This document shows, piece after piece, positions 46,734 to 56,453 of a DNA stretch of 64,000 bases. The number at the start of each line of letters is the position of its first letter. Positions within the stretch are counted from its first letter, which is position 1. The position numbers were made by a program, and so were the translations under genes. The notes under the pieces are model-generated. The model did not search any database and was not told the origin of the DNA. It saw nothing but the letters and a program-made list of their open reading frames with translations. Source of the stretch: a virus (Duplodnaviria > Caudoviricetes); IMG/VR virus record IMGVR_UViG_3300044840_000108, positions 39,980 through 103,979 of that record; one strand, 5' to 3'.

Positions 46734-49700
46734 TCACTGGAAGGCGTTGGACAGGCCGAACCCCGAGTTGCGGCCCGACAACTGCAAAATCCCCTGTTGC
46801 ACGCTGCGGACCAGGGCGTTTTCGGTGGTGACCGACCCGGCGACATATACGTTGATGGTGATCCCGCCGCCAGTCCCGCCGGCAGGGACCGCCAGGCCAA
46901 CGGGGGCCATAGCAGCACTGCGGCTACCCGCTGCGGTGACAGACAGCCCGATCGGGCTACCGGCAGTGTCCATCGCAGCCTGTCGGACGCCTGCAACCGC
47001 GGCAGTCACGAGATGCAAGTTGTCGGCAACACCCTGTGCGATACCGGCCGGTATCCACTTGCCGACCTGTTCGGCCATTACTTTGGAGGGGGACGAGATA
47101 CCCATCGCCGACTTGAACCCGGACACTATGCCAGACGCGAAACTGGTGACCGCGTGCCACGCCGCGCTGGCGGCGTTCTCGATGCCGTGGATCAGGCCCA
47201 TGACCAGGTTGTATCCGGCGTCTTTCAGCCATGTTCCGACATCCTTGAAGAACCCGCCGATGTTGCTGGGCAGGTTCTTGAACCAGGTAACGACATTCTC
47301 GAATGCGTCGGCTATGCCTTTACCGAGACCCTTGATCACTGTCAAGCCCGGCGAGCGTAGCCATTCGCCGGCATCGGTGAAGTGTTTCAGCAGCTCACTG
47401 GGCAAATCCTTGAAAAATTTCACGGTCGCGTCGAATCCGGTGGTGATTCCGTGCCACAAACCATGGATCACTTTGGCGCCGGCTTCGTGCAGCCATTCTT
47501 CAGCTTTGTCGTTGAGCTTTTTAATGTTGCCCGGCAGGTCCTTAAACCATTGAACGGTGTCTTGCCAGGCGACCGTCAGTCCGTGAGTAAAGCCTTTCCA
47601 CCCTTCCACCGCGAGCTTGACGAGTAGCCCGGCCAGGAACCCCAGCGCGAACCCGATCTCGTGTGGCAGGTTGCGCAGGAACGCCAAGGTCGCCTGCCAG
47701 GCAACGCTCAGCCCGTGCGTGAAGCCCTTCCATCCGTCGGTGGCCAGACGGGTCAGTAGGCTCCCCAGTGAGGACAGGGCGGCGCCGATTTTGTCGGGAA
47801 TGTCGGTAACAAACTTGACGACATCGCCAACGAATCCGCCAATGTCCCTGGCCGCGTCGGAGAAGAACCCAGTGACCGCCTTCCATACGTCGGAGAAGAA
47901 CCCGATGATGTGCGACCAGTTGCTGATGATCAGATAGGCGGCGGCGGCGATCGCTACCACGATTGCCGTGATGATGAGAACGACCGGGTTGGCCAGCAGT
48001 GCGGCGGTGAAGTTCCACACAGCGATCGTGGCCGCGACGAGTGCCGCAACCAGGACGACGCCGATGACGCCCGCCAGCACCTTCGCTACAGTCTGGTGCT
48101 GCGCGAACCATTTCACTACGTCAGAGAAAACCCCCACAATCTTTGATGCCACCGGCAACAGTTTCTGGCCGATTTCGATCGCTAGCGCATCCAGGCTGCC
48201 CTTAGCTTCGGACATTTTCTGATTGAACGTGCCCTGGATGTCGGACCAGCCCTTAACGTTACCTTTGGCGTCGGCGGTAGATTGCGAGATCTGCTTGACC
48301 GCATGGTTGGTGTAGTCCGCGTTTTGCCCGGTCAACATCAACGCCACATTCATGCCGGTCTGGTCACCCATCGCAGCCTTCAGCGCCTGCGAATAGGTTT
48401 GCATCACGGTCGCACCAGACTGCTGTTCCATGCCGATGCCGTGGGTTGACTTGGCGAGCGTCGCGAACGCGGACGCCTGGCCAGCAGCCTCAACGGGCAG
48501 TGCCCTGGCGGCTTTCGAGTACTCGCCCCACGACATGGACCCGTCCAACGCTTTTCGTCCCAGGTCCTGTACGGCGGGCGACAGTCGGGACAACGCGGTT
48601 TGCAGTTGCAACACCACGGTGGTGGCCTGTCCACCCATCTGGTGCTGGATCGCGTTCGCGACCTCCTGCACCGTGCCGGTCAGACCCTTGCTGCCCAGGT
48701 CTCGCGACACCGACTGGGACGTCATGCCCAGCAGTGCGAGTTCCTTGGCCTGCGGCGCGGTGACGGTTTGCAGGTGGCCGATGGTGTGCGCCAAGTTCTG
48801 GGTGGCCTGGTCGGCGGACACGCCGTGCACCGTCATCGCCGCGAGCGACCCCAACACGTCACTGAGGCTGATGTTCGCGACTGACGCGGCCGGTAGCACC
48901 GAATGCAACGCGGACGCCAAATCCTGGAACGTCATCTTCCCGGCGGATGTGGCACCGATGAACTTCGACATGACATCGGTGGCGTCCTTGGTGACTTCCC
49001 CCGCGCCCTTGGCATTGGGGTAGTAGTCGCGCATCGCGGAGGACAGGGCGTCCGCGACGGTGGTCGCGTCCGCACCTTCCGCCTTGGCGCCCTGCTCGGC
49101 TGCCTTCAGTACACCGAGCCCTTCGGCACCGTGATATCCAGCGGACTCCACCGTGTACATGTGCTTAGCGAGCTGCTCAGCGCCGACGCCGACCTGCCCG
49201 GCCATGTCCAACATGCCTTGGCGGACCATGCCGATGTTGGCTTGGATCTCCCCGCCGGACGTGAGCAGCCGGTTGGTGGAGGTCTCGTAGTCGGCAGCCA
49301 TTTTGACAACCGCCACCGCCACCACGCCAGCCGCAAGCGCGGGCAGCTTCATCGCCCCGGAGAAGGCTGTCAGCTTCGCCCCGGCACCAGTGGACGCAGC
49401 GGCGGCGACATCGACCTTGCCGGCGGTGATAGCCATCTGGTCGCCGTAAGCCTTGGTCGAGGCGATCATTGCCTCGTTCTCGGCGGAGATCTTGGTGGCC
49501 ATGGCGGACCATTCGGTGGCGTTCGCCTGTGCGGTCATCGCCGTCTCGGCCCGCACCTGGGCCATCTCGGCCAGGACCCGGTCCCACGCCGCGACTTCCT
49601 CGCTCGTGGCGGTGGACACGGCCGCGGCTTCCGCCTCGGCGGCGGCGCCCGCACCAGCCCCGGCGGTGGCGGCACCCGCCGCGGAGCCCTCGGCGGCGCC

Positions 49701-49943
49701 AGCGACGGCCGCGCCTCCACCGGCCATGCCGGCGGACTCGCCCACGCCTGCCAATTCGGTCCGCAGGGCTGCCGCGGATTCGGCGGTGCGGGCCAGCATC
49801 GCGTCGATCTCGCCGAACATCACATTGAGGGCGGCCACCATGGATTCGCCTGCGGTCGCCGACTCCTCAAACGAGCGCAGCAGAGGCGCATTCACGGCGC
49901 GCAAGGTCAAAAACAGGTCCGCGAGCTCGGCTTCGGAGGCCAC
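46734..49943 (-). CDS. Tail tape measure protein
   Basis: ~1070 aa, Ala-rich; TP901-type core; W/F-periodic repeats. Confidence 0.95.
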   Translation of the reverse strand: MASEAELADLFLTLRAVNAPLLRSFEESATAGESMVAALNVMFGEIDAMLARTAESAAALRTELAGVGESAGMAGGGAAVAGAAEGSAAGAATAGAGAGAAAEAEAAAVSTATSEEVAAWDRVLAEMAQVRAETAMTAQANATEWSAMATKISAENEAMIASTKAYGDQMAITAGKVDVAAAASTGAGAKLTAFSGAMKLPALAAGVVAVAVVKMAADYETSTNRLLTSGGEIQANIGMVRQGMLDMAGQVGVGAEQLAKHMYTVESAGYHGAEGLGVLKAAEQGAKAEGADATTVADALSSAMRDYYPNAKGAGEVTKDATDVMSKFIGATSAGKMTFQDLASALHSVLPAASVANISLSDVLGSLAAMTVHGVSADQATQNLAHTIGHLQTVTAPQAKELALLGMTSQSVSRDLGSKGLTGTVQEVANAIQHQMGGQATTVVLQLQTALSRLSPAVQDLGRKALDGSMSWGEYSKAARALPVEAAGQASAFATLAKSTHGIGMEQQSGATVMQTYSQALKAAMGDQTGMNVALMLTGQNADYTNHAVKQISQSTADAKGNVKGWSDIQGTFNQKMSEAKGSLDALAIEIGQKLLPVASKIVGVFSDVVKWFAQHQTVAKVLAGVIGVVLVAALVAATIAVWNFTAALLANPVVLIITAIVVAIAAAAYLIISNWSHIIGFFSDVWKAVTGFFSDAARDIGGFVGDVVKFVTDIPDKIGAALSSLGSLLTRLATDGWKGFTHGLSVAWQATLAFLRNLPHEIGFALGFLAGLLVKLAVEGWKGFTHGLTVAWQDTVQWFKDLPGNIKKLNDKAEEWLHEAGAKVIHGLWHGITTGFDATVKFFKDLPSELLKHFTDAGEWLRSPGLTVIKGLGKGIADAFENVVTWFKNLPSNIGGFFKDVGTWLKDAGYNLVMGLIHGIENAASAAWHAVTSFASGIVSGFKSAMGISSPSKVMAEQVGKWIPAGIAQGVADNLHLVTAAVAGVRQAAMDTAGSPIGLSVTAAGSRSAAMAPVGLAVPAGGTGGGITINVYVAGSVTTENALVRSVQQGILQLSGRNSGFGLSNAFQ

Positions 49944-49985
49944 GGACCTCACCCCCGGCGGTGTGGTCCGGTGACGTGGAGACGG

Positions 49986-50447
49986 TTACACCCACGGCAA
50001 GGCGAACGCGCGGTGGAACGCCACCATCCCGGCGTGCGACGCGATGTGGCCGGCGGGCCGTAGCCACGGGTAAGTGGCACCGTTCCTGAGCCCGTGCTCC
50101 AGGTAGCCGCCGTACTTCGAGCTTGGCGTGGTGCTGCGACGACCGCCGTACGCCGGGTACATGCCAACCCGCGGCCCGACCCGGCACGCCCAACCCAGAC
50201 CGCGCGGCACGGGCAGGGAGAACGCGATCGAGTTGACCAGTGTTCTCGAAATGGTCGCCGGCCCAGTCCCGGGATAAGCGGGGGTGGGGGTGCCGTACGA
50301 GTGGCTACCGGTGGACGCGTTGACCTGCGCCTGGTGCGCCACGGCCGCGGCGGTAGCCGTCAGTCCGGCGGCGGAGCGGGCCTGCGCCAGCACGGCGGCA
50401 CGCGCGAACACTGCCGCGATGGCACCGGACACAAGTTCAGCGGGCAT
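49986..50447 (-). CDS. HK97 gp10-like tail completion protein
   Basis: PGTGPATISRTL..SI; YGGYLEHG...YPWLRPA. Confidence 0.75.
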   Translation of the reverse strand: MPAELVSGAIAAVFARAAVLAQARSAAGLTATAAAVAHQAQVNASTGSHSYGTPTPAYPGTGPATISRTLVNSIAFSLPVPRGLGWACRVGPRVGMYPAYGGRRSTTPSSKYGGYLEHGLRNGATYPWLRPAGHIASHAGMVAFHRAFALPWV

Positions 50448-50703
50448 TGCGCGCCCTCCACTCCGCCCGGTCGGCGTGATCGGCTTCGGCCTGCCGGCGG
50501 GCTTGCAGGAGGTCCCAGAACACGCGGCGCACGTACAGGGGGCAGTCGCGGTACGCGGCCCAGGACCAGTGCATTTCGTGGCACAACTCGAACGCGATCA
50601 GTTCGGGTGGTGCCGGCCCGGATCCCCACGTGCCGGCGTAGATCGAGTCGGCGACGATCAGGACGTTTTCGAAATATTCTGATCCGGGCTTGACTGAGGG
50701 TTT
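50437..50703 (-). other. -1 frameshift extension of tail assembly chaperone (gpGT), slippery A AAC CCT at 50703-50697
   Basis: X XXY YYZ heptamer; open -1 frame PSVKPGSEYFENVLIVADSIY...ARNAR*. Confidence 0.7.
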
Positions 50704-51074
50704 ACGGCCTCCGTGATGGTCGCGTTGATCTCGCGGATCACCGCCATGGGCAGCCGGTCCACCAACTCGGGTGTTGCCGGCAGCGGCAGCGGCTGCTGGT
50801 CGGTGGCCAGGCCCGTTTCCGGGTCGTACCCGAAGTCGGTGGCGTCATACATCCGCCACCCGATGATGAGGCGGGCAATGATTTCGCGGGACCGTTGCGC
50901 CGCCAGTGCTTGATCCACGGGGGCGCCGTCCGGGCCGACCGCGATGTCGTCGGGCACCAGATCAGTGGGCGGCACGGTCTGCGGGTTGCGCAGCACTACG
51001 TGCAGCACCGGTTCGCCCTCGTCGGTCAGGTCGGGGAATTGTAGGGTGACGATCCGGTTGCGGAAACCCGTCAT
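50658..51074 (-). CDS. Tail assembly chaperone (gpG-like)
   Basis: Between tail tube and tape measure; AGGAG RBS. Confidence 0.75.
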   Translation of the reverse strand: MTGFRNRIVTLQFPDLTDEGEPVLHVVLRNPQTVPPTDLVPDDIAVGPDGAPVDQALAAQRSREIIARLIIGWRMYDATDFGYDPETGLATDQQPLPLPATPELVDRLPMAVIREINATITEAVNPQSSPDQNISKTS

Positions 51075-51313
51075 GGGCAGCTCCTGGCACAGGCATTGAG
51101 GGACGCGCAGGGATTGGCGCGCATAGAAGAGGGGCAGTCCACAGTGCGGGCACAGGACATGCCGGAGGTCAGGGAGCGGTGCCAACCCGAGCGCGCCAGC
51201 CAGGAACGGACGGGCCGCCGGCCAGCGACGCCACACCCACCGCGCGGCGAGCACGACAGCGGCAACTACAACCTGATCGATCAGTAGACGCACCCACCAC
51301 GTCACGACGCGGC

Positions 51314-52477
51314 CTAGTATGCGGCGCTTGTGAAGTTCGTGAGGGTCGCGGCGATCGCCCCACCGTCAGTGGCGTTGTAGATCCCCTGCAAGTTGAAATC
51401 GGCCTGCACGTACGCGGGGGACAGGTCCCGCTTACCGGTGGTCCACCCCGACTGGGACATCGTCAAGGTGAGGGTCGAACCGCACCCACCGGTGGACACC
51501 GGTTGCACCAAGGTCGCCACGGCGGGCTGCTGGGTGTTGTTGGTGTATAGGTTCAGTTCGGACGACGCCTCGAAGATGGTTTTCAAGACGCCGTCAGATT
51601 CGAGTGCACCTTGGAACACCTCGCGCGGCGCCTGCACCCCGTCGGAGGACTGGATCGCCTCCACCGCCCGCTTAATGGTGTAGTCCAAGGTCAGACCACG
51701 GGTGGAGGAGGCCCCGGCGTCGGTCATCGCCCACTGCCAGCCCAGGGCTGGCGCGAGGGTGGTCCACGTCGGTACCGCTGAACTCGCCGAAACCCCGGGG
51801 AAGCTGGTCAATTTCGCGGACAGGGTGACCGCGGCCTTCGGGTCGATCTTGATTTGCAGGTCGGAGAACGCCGCGTAGGAGTAGGACAGCCAGGACACGG
51901 TGTCCCACACCAGCAGCGAGTATGTGGGGCGCGCGGCGGCCGGGTTCTGCTTGAACGAGTGCGATGACGCGGACACGATCGTGGAGGTAGTGATCGTGTG
52001 CGCATATTTCAGGCCGCCGGTGGGGGTGGTGATGGGGATCGCGTAAGGCCCCGCGCCGGTCGGGGTGCCAGTGGTGGCATACTCCACGTTCAGGCCGCCA
52101 GCGTCCGCAAGTTGGATGGTCGAGGCGAGCGGGATGGACGCGGTCGACGAAATCGACGTGGCCCCCACGATGCTCGACGCCGCGAACGTCGTGGAGATCC
52201 CGGGGGTGACGGTGTCCGGGCCGATGATGCCGCGCAACACGTGCCCCGTGATGTCGGGATAGGCCATCAGGTCGATGCTCCAGGTCGCGTCCACCGGGCC
52301 CTGGTAGATGCCCTGCAACACGGTGTCATTGGCCCGCACCGACTCGTCCCGCAACGGTGCGTACACGTCGATGAATTCCGCCTTGGTGAACGGGACCCAC
52401 ATGTTGGGCACCAGGTAGGTGCCGGCCACGGCCTCCCGTGCGATACCCAGCTTCGCGAGGCGGGAGAGCTGTGTCAC
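51314..52477 (-). CDS. Major tail tube protein
   Basis: LGIAREAVAGT; size and position. Confidence 0.85.
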   Translation of the reverse strand: MTQLSRLAKLGIAREAVAGTYLVPNMWVPFTKAEFIDVYAPLRDESVRANDTVLQGIYQGPVDATWSIDLMAYPDITGHVLRGIIGPDTVTPGISTTFAASSIVGATSISSTASIPLASTIQLADAGGLNVEYATTGTPTGAGPYAIPITTPTGGLKYAHTITTSTIVSASSHSFKQNPAAARPTYSLLVWDTVSWLSYSYAAFSDLQIKIDPKAAVTLSAKLTSFPGVSASSAVPTWTTLAPALGWQWAMTDAGASSTRGLTLDYTIKRAVEAIQSSDGVQAPREVFQGALESDGVLKTIFEASSELNLYTNNTQQPAVATLVQPVSTGGCGSTLTLTMSQSGWTTGKRDLSPAYVQADFNLQGIYNATDGGAIAATLTNFTSAAY

Positions 52478-52683
52478 GACGTCGCCTCCTCGTCAGACGC
52501 GGCGGCGGACCGGCCAGTTTTCCGGGGTGTCACTGGCGGAGCCGAGACCGGCGTCGGGTCGGTGTCGACTGGTTCGAACCCGGCCAGCAGGTCCGGGTGG
52601 TTGACTTCCTGGCCGGGGGCCGCGAGGTACGGCGGGTCGTCACCCACGATCAGCGGATAGGGTTGGGCGTTGCGCTGGCGCAC
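52474..52683 (-). CDS. Small virion-associated protein
   Basis: AGGAG RBS; coupled ORF. Confidence 0.6.
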   Translation of the reverse strand: MRQRNAQPYPLIVGDDPPYLAAPGQEVNHPDLLAGFEPVDTDPTPVSAPPVTPRKTGRSAAASDEEATS

Positions 52684-52738
52684 GGGTCTCTCCTGGGGCA
52701 GGCGGCACCGCCCGGCAACCCGGGGCGGACGGAAAGGG

Positions 52739-53257
52739 TCAGATGACGACCTCGAAGTCGTCGGCGAAATAGGTCATGTCCGCCCGCAACAGCCGCTGCG
52801 ACAGGGTCTGTTCGGGGTCGGTGAACTGCACGTCAATGTGCGAGGGCACGGGGGCTTCCGCGACCGACAGGAAATACCCCCCATGGGTATGGTCGTCCAG
52901 CTTGCCGCGGACCCGCTCAAGCACCAACTCAATCGCCGCGTCGAACGCGCGCTGCTCGGTCTCGGCGATCCCCACCGCTGTGCTGGTCGAGCCGGTCCGC
53001 CACTCCAACCGCACATGGAAGCCGTACCGGGGCTTCTTGCGCTGGTTGGCCCACCGCTCGTCGGCGATCGAGGTGCGACGCAGATACAGGGCGGTGGCGT
53101 TCTGGTTGGGGGTCCGAGGCCAATACCCCTGCACAATCTCGAATGGCCCGCCAGCCGATGCCAGCAGCGCGGGCAGCCCATCCCCGGACGCGGCCAGGAA
53201 CGCGGCCTCCCGGTCCACGGCGTTCGCGGTCGTCGGTGGCGACAATGGAGGCGTCAC
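52739..53257 (-). CDS. Tail terminator / head-tail joining protein
   Basis: Position and size. Confidence 0.7.
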   Translation of the reverse strand: MTPPLSPPTTANAVDREAAFLAASGDGLPALLASAGGPFEIVQGYWPRTPNQNATALYLRRTSIADERWANQRKKPRYGFHVRLEWRTGSTSTAVGIAETEQRAFDAAIELVLERVRGKLDDHTHGGYFLSVAEAPVPSHIDVQFTDPEQTLSQRLLRADMTYFADDFEVVI

Positions 53258-53260
53258 CAG

Positions 53261-53869
53261 TCACCTCCGGCGACGTCGCCACACCCGGTGGGCCCGCACC
53301 CGGTGCCGGATCACGATGCGGGACCGGTGCTTACGGCGCCGGGTGTGAATCAGGCCGACCCGGTTACGTCGGCGGTGCGCCGAGATCAAGGTGCGGCTGG
53401 CGTACCGGCCAACCCTGGGTGGACGGGTCGTGCGGTGGTAGCGGTGCACACCAGGTGCCGACACGCCAGTCGAGGGGCGCCGGGGGTGGTGCTTCCCGCG
53501 CATCGCCGCCGACAGCTTGGCTTTGGTGGCCGCCGACAAGTGGGTGCCTTTCCGGGCGGCGGACAGCTTGGCGCGGGTAGCGGCACTGAGGTGGGTCCCT
53601 TTTCGTGCCGCAGACAACTTGGCCTTGGCCGATGCGGAAAGGTGCCGGCCCTTCATGGCGGCAGCCAGTTTGGACTTGGTGGCCGCCGACAGGTGTGTCC
53701 CTTTGCGGGCGGCCGATAGTTTCGCGCGAGTCGCCGCAGACGGATGGCGCCCTCGGAGCTTGGCGCTGATCTTGCTCTTGGTGGCTGATGACAGCCGCCG
53801 GCCCCTCAGCTTCGCACTGATCTTCGACTTGGTTGCCGCAGTCAGGGGATGGCCCTTGTGGTGCGCCAC
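53261..53869 (-). CDS. Highly basic NUMOD3-repeat protein (seven 17-aa repeats, no Asp/Glu)
   Basis: G(T/R)HLSAAT(K/R)AKLSAA(R/M)K repeats; GGAGG RBS; Arg/His-rich tail. Confidence 0.8.
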   Translation of the reverse strand: MAHHKGHPLTAATKSKISAKLRGRRLSSATKSKISAKLRGRHPSAATRAKLSAARKGTHLSAATKSKLAAAMKGRHLSASAKAKLSAARKGTHLSAATRAKLSAARKGTHLSAATKAKLSAAMRGKHHPRRPSTGVSAPGVHRYHRTTRPPRVGRYASRTLISAHRRRNRVGLIHTRRRKHRSRIVIRHRVRAHRVWRRRRR

Positions 53870-53910
53870 TGGCCTCCACCGGCCTCACCCCAGGTCGGTA
53901 CCAGCAACGG

Positions 53911-54594
53911 TCACGTGATCTTCCGTTCATAGGGGTTCAGCCAGGCCACAGCGCGGGCTTCCAACGCCCCTGGGTCGTGCCCATGGGTTTGGGTCATCGG
54001 GTCCAGTTCGGTCGCGGCGATGGATGCGGCCATCCAAATACAGGCCCGGACCAGGTCGGCTGGCACGGCGACGGTGTACCCGCCGCCGTAGGTGACCTTG
54101 GCCAGGCTGCCGATGGGGATGTACTGGCCTAGGTTGAACCACACGTGACCGGAGTCCGGATCCGGCCCGATGTACTGGGTGGTCGACATGGTCTGTGACC
54201 CACCGTAGGACCGCACGATGGTGATCGACACGTTGCTGTAGGTCCAGTACTCGGTGAACTGCGGCGCGTACTGGTTGAGCCACATGTGCCTGACCAACGC
54301 GCTGGCCCCGACCGCGGACGCGTAGGACCGGCCCAGCGTGCCGGCCAGATCCATCGGCAGGTTCGACGAGTCGGCGTACTCGTCGGGGTCCATGCCTTCG
54401 CAGCGGTGCGTCTCCGTGACCGCAGTAAACGGTGCTAACCGCCGGTCGGCTTCGGTTTCGCACCCGCGGGTGGCCTGCAGCATCAGCGAGGCGAGTGCAT
54501 CCGGCGTATAGGAACGCACCAGGTCCACGAACGGACCGGCTTGCATCTGGGCGGCGGTGGCCAGTGGTACGGGGTTGTCGACCACCGCCACCAC
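53911..54594 (-). CDS. Head-tail adaptor protein
   Basis: VTYGGGY...PADLVRAC. Confidence 0.78.
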   Translation of the reverse strand: MVAVVDNPVPLATAAQMQAGPFVDLVRSYTPDALASLMLQATRGCETEADRRLAPFTAVTETHRCEGMDPDEYADSSNLPMDLAGTLGRSYASAVGASALVRHMWLNQYAPQFTEYWTYSNVSITIVRSYGGSQTMSTTQYIGPDPDSGHVWFNLGQYIPIGSLAKVTYGGGYTVAVPADLVRACIWMAASIAATELDPMTQTHGHDPGALEARAVAWLNPYERKIT

Positions 54595-54629
54595 CGCCCG
54601 AATTCACGCATCGGCGGACCGGTTCACGA

Positions 54630-54890
54630 TCAGGTGTCGTCGCTGGCTTTCGCCCGGGTCTTGCGTGTGCTAGGCGGCGGGGACTCGTCCACATCGGTAC
54701 GTTCCGGCTCGCCGGCCGGAGACGTGACTACTGGCTCGTCCACGGCGGGTTCGACTACCGCGAACCCGCCGTCGGGGATCGCGACCAGCGCCCGCGCCTC
54801 GTCCTCATCCACTTCGACGACCGCGCCGTCAGTGGCCCACACGTGGCCGTAGCTGTCCGACCCGGCCTGGGTTTTGCTGACTCGCACCAT
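54630..54890 (-). CDS. Small post-capsid protein
   Basis: GAGGAGG RBS. Confidence 0.7.
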   Translation of the reverse strand: MVRVSKTQAGSDSYGHVWATDGAVVEVDEDEARALVAIPDGGFAVVEPAVDEPVVTSPAGEPERTDVDESPPPSTRKTRAKASDDT

Positions 54891-54972
54891 GCGCGCCTCC
54901 TCGACGCTGGGGGGTCTGGTGGTGTCCCGGGCCGCGTGGGACCGGGACACCACCAGGAGACAACGGGATCAA

Positions 54973-56337
54973 TCAGACACCGACGGCGACACGGGCAATT
55001 CGGCCCGTATATTTAGGCGCCCGCAGTGCTAGGCAAGTGTCGGTGACCAGCGCATACGGCAGCGTGTCCGGGCTGCTGGTCGTTGGGTACACGTCCAGCG
55101 GCTGCACCTCGCGGACATACGGCCGGATCAAGAAGTTCCGGTCCCGCGACATCAGGTAAATGTTCTCCAGCCCGACTGCGGGCGGGTACAGCCCGGTGTT
55201 GGTGCCGACGTAGCTGGCCGGGCCGGCTGCTGGCACGGTCGAGCCGTTCTGCGGCACCAACGCGGTACCGGTGTCGATGATCGACGTGGTGAGGATCGGG
55301 GTAACCCCGTCCGCCCCCAGGCCGACGATCGCATCGACGTAGCCCAGAAGGGTTTCGGTGCCGGTCGCGGTGCTGCGGTACACCCCGTACAGCACTGGCT
55401 GCGCCCCGTCCAGGCCGGCGGGGGTGGCGAACGCCAGGGTGGCGATGGAGGTCGTGCCGGTCGTGGCCTGCGATACCTCCGCCGACGCGGCCATTTCACC
55501 CTGTCGGGCGATGACCGGCGCAACCCGGTAGTAGTAGGTGGCAGCGGCGAGGGTGCCGCCGCTGGTGGCGGTGGTGGTGGTGACCGTGCCCATTGACAGT
55601 GCCCGCGTCGACAAGAAGCTGGACTTGATCAGCGGGATGTCGCGGTACGTCGGCACCAGCAAGCCGGCCGCGATCTCCACGCGGTCGTTGAAACGCTGCT
55701 GGTTGGTGAGCAGTTGCGCGATCTTGCTGATCGCGGTGTTCGACATGACGATCTGCCACGAGTCGTCAAACACGGACATGGCGGCGTTCTGCTCCACCAT
55801 GTCAATGAGTTCGTCCAGCATCGCCAGGGTGAGGGTGCCGCCAGCCTTGTCCTGCGCATTCTGGTTCGCACCCGTGAATGTGGCGACCAGCGACGACAAA
55901 CCGTCATACTGCGGCCGTGCACCGAACTGGGTGGTACCCGCGTTGCCCCACAGGATACCCGTTTCGATATCCCAGTAGATGCCGCGGATCGAACCCTCGA
56001 TCTCCGTGTGCCGCAGGTCGCCGATCACCTGGCGGGTCACGTTTTGTGCGTAGCCCGTGACCGCCCCGACGACCTGAATGTGCGCCATCTTGAAGTTTTG
56101 CTGCACGTAGGTCGAGTTGTTGACCGGCTGCGCGCCGCCGTCAGACACCCAGCCACCCATAGCTACCTGGGTGCGCTGGTTGAAGTAATAGGTATCGCTG
56201 TCCCATTTCACGGTGGGGATGGAACGGCACAGCGGGGAGTAGCGGCGTTGGTATTCCAACAGGATCGGGTCGATAATCTTCGGGATGAGGGCGGTCGCAT
56301 TGGCTGCGAGTAGCGCCTCACGAAGTTCGGAAGGCAT
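54973..56337 (-). CDS. Major capsid protein (HK97 fold) with inserted beta-sandwich domain
   Basis: Follows scaffold; QYDGL, LTLAMLDELID motifs; FN3-like insert TYYYRV...YGVYRST. Confidence 0.88.
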   Translation of the reverse strand: MPSELREALLAANATALIPKIIDPILLEYQRRYSPLCRSIPTVKWDSDTYYFNQRTQVAMGGWVSDGGAQPVNNSTYVQQNFKMAHIQVVGAVTGYAQNVTRQVIGDLRHTEIEGSIRGIYWDIETGILWGNAGTTQFGARPQYDGLSSLVATFTGANQNAQDKAGGTLTLAMLDELIDMVEQNAAMSVFDDSWQIVMSNTAISKIAQLLTNQQRFNDRVEIAAGLLVPTYRDIPLIKSSFLSTRALSMGTVTTTTATSGGTLAAATYYYRVAPVIARQGEMAASAEVSQATTGTTSIATLAFATPAGLDGAQPVLYGVYRSTATGTETLLGYVDAIVGLGADGVTPILTTSIIDTGTALVPQNGSTVPAAGPASYVGTNTGLYPPAVGLENIYLMSRDRNFLIRPYVREVQPLDVYPTTSSPDTLPYALVTDTCLALRAPKYTGRIARVAVGV

Positions 56338-56343
56338 AGGTGA

Positions 56344-56449
56344 CCTTTCGGCGTGAGTGAAACGGGTCGGTTGAGCGACCATCTCTGCCGAAAGGCACCA
56401 CCACGGAAACGTCTCCGTCGTGGCGGTCAAAAGCGGATGGAACGTCTCC
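56344..56449 (-). promoter_or_regulatory. Structured capsid leader sequestering the RBS
   Basis: CCTTTCGGC...GCCGAAAGG stem includes GAAAGG SD; second hairpin; GGAGACGTT twice. Confidence 0.6.
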
Positions 56450-56453
56450 GGGT

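Noticed and set aside
53500-53850. 51-bp tandem repeats as CRISPR or a DNA-level array
   Set aside because: In frame, with synonymous divergence and no unique spacers; a protein repeat
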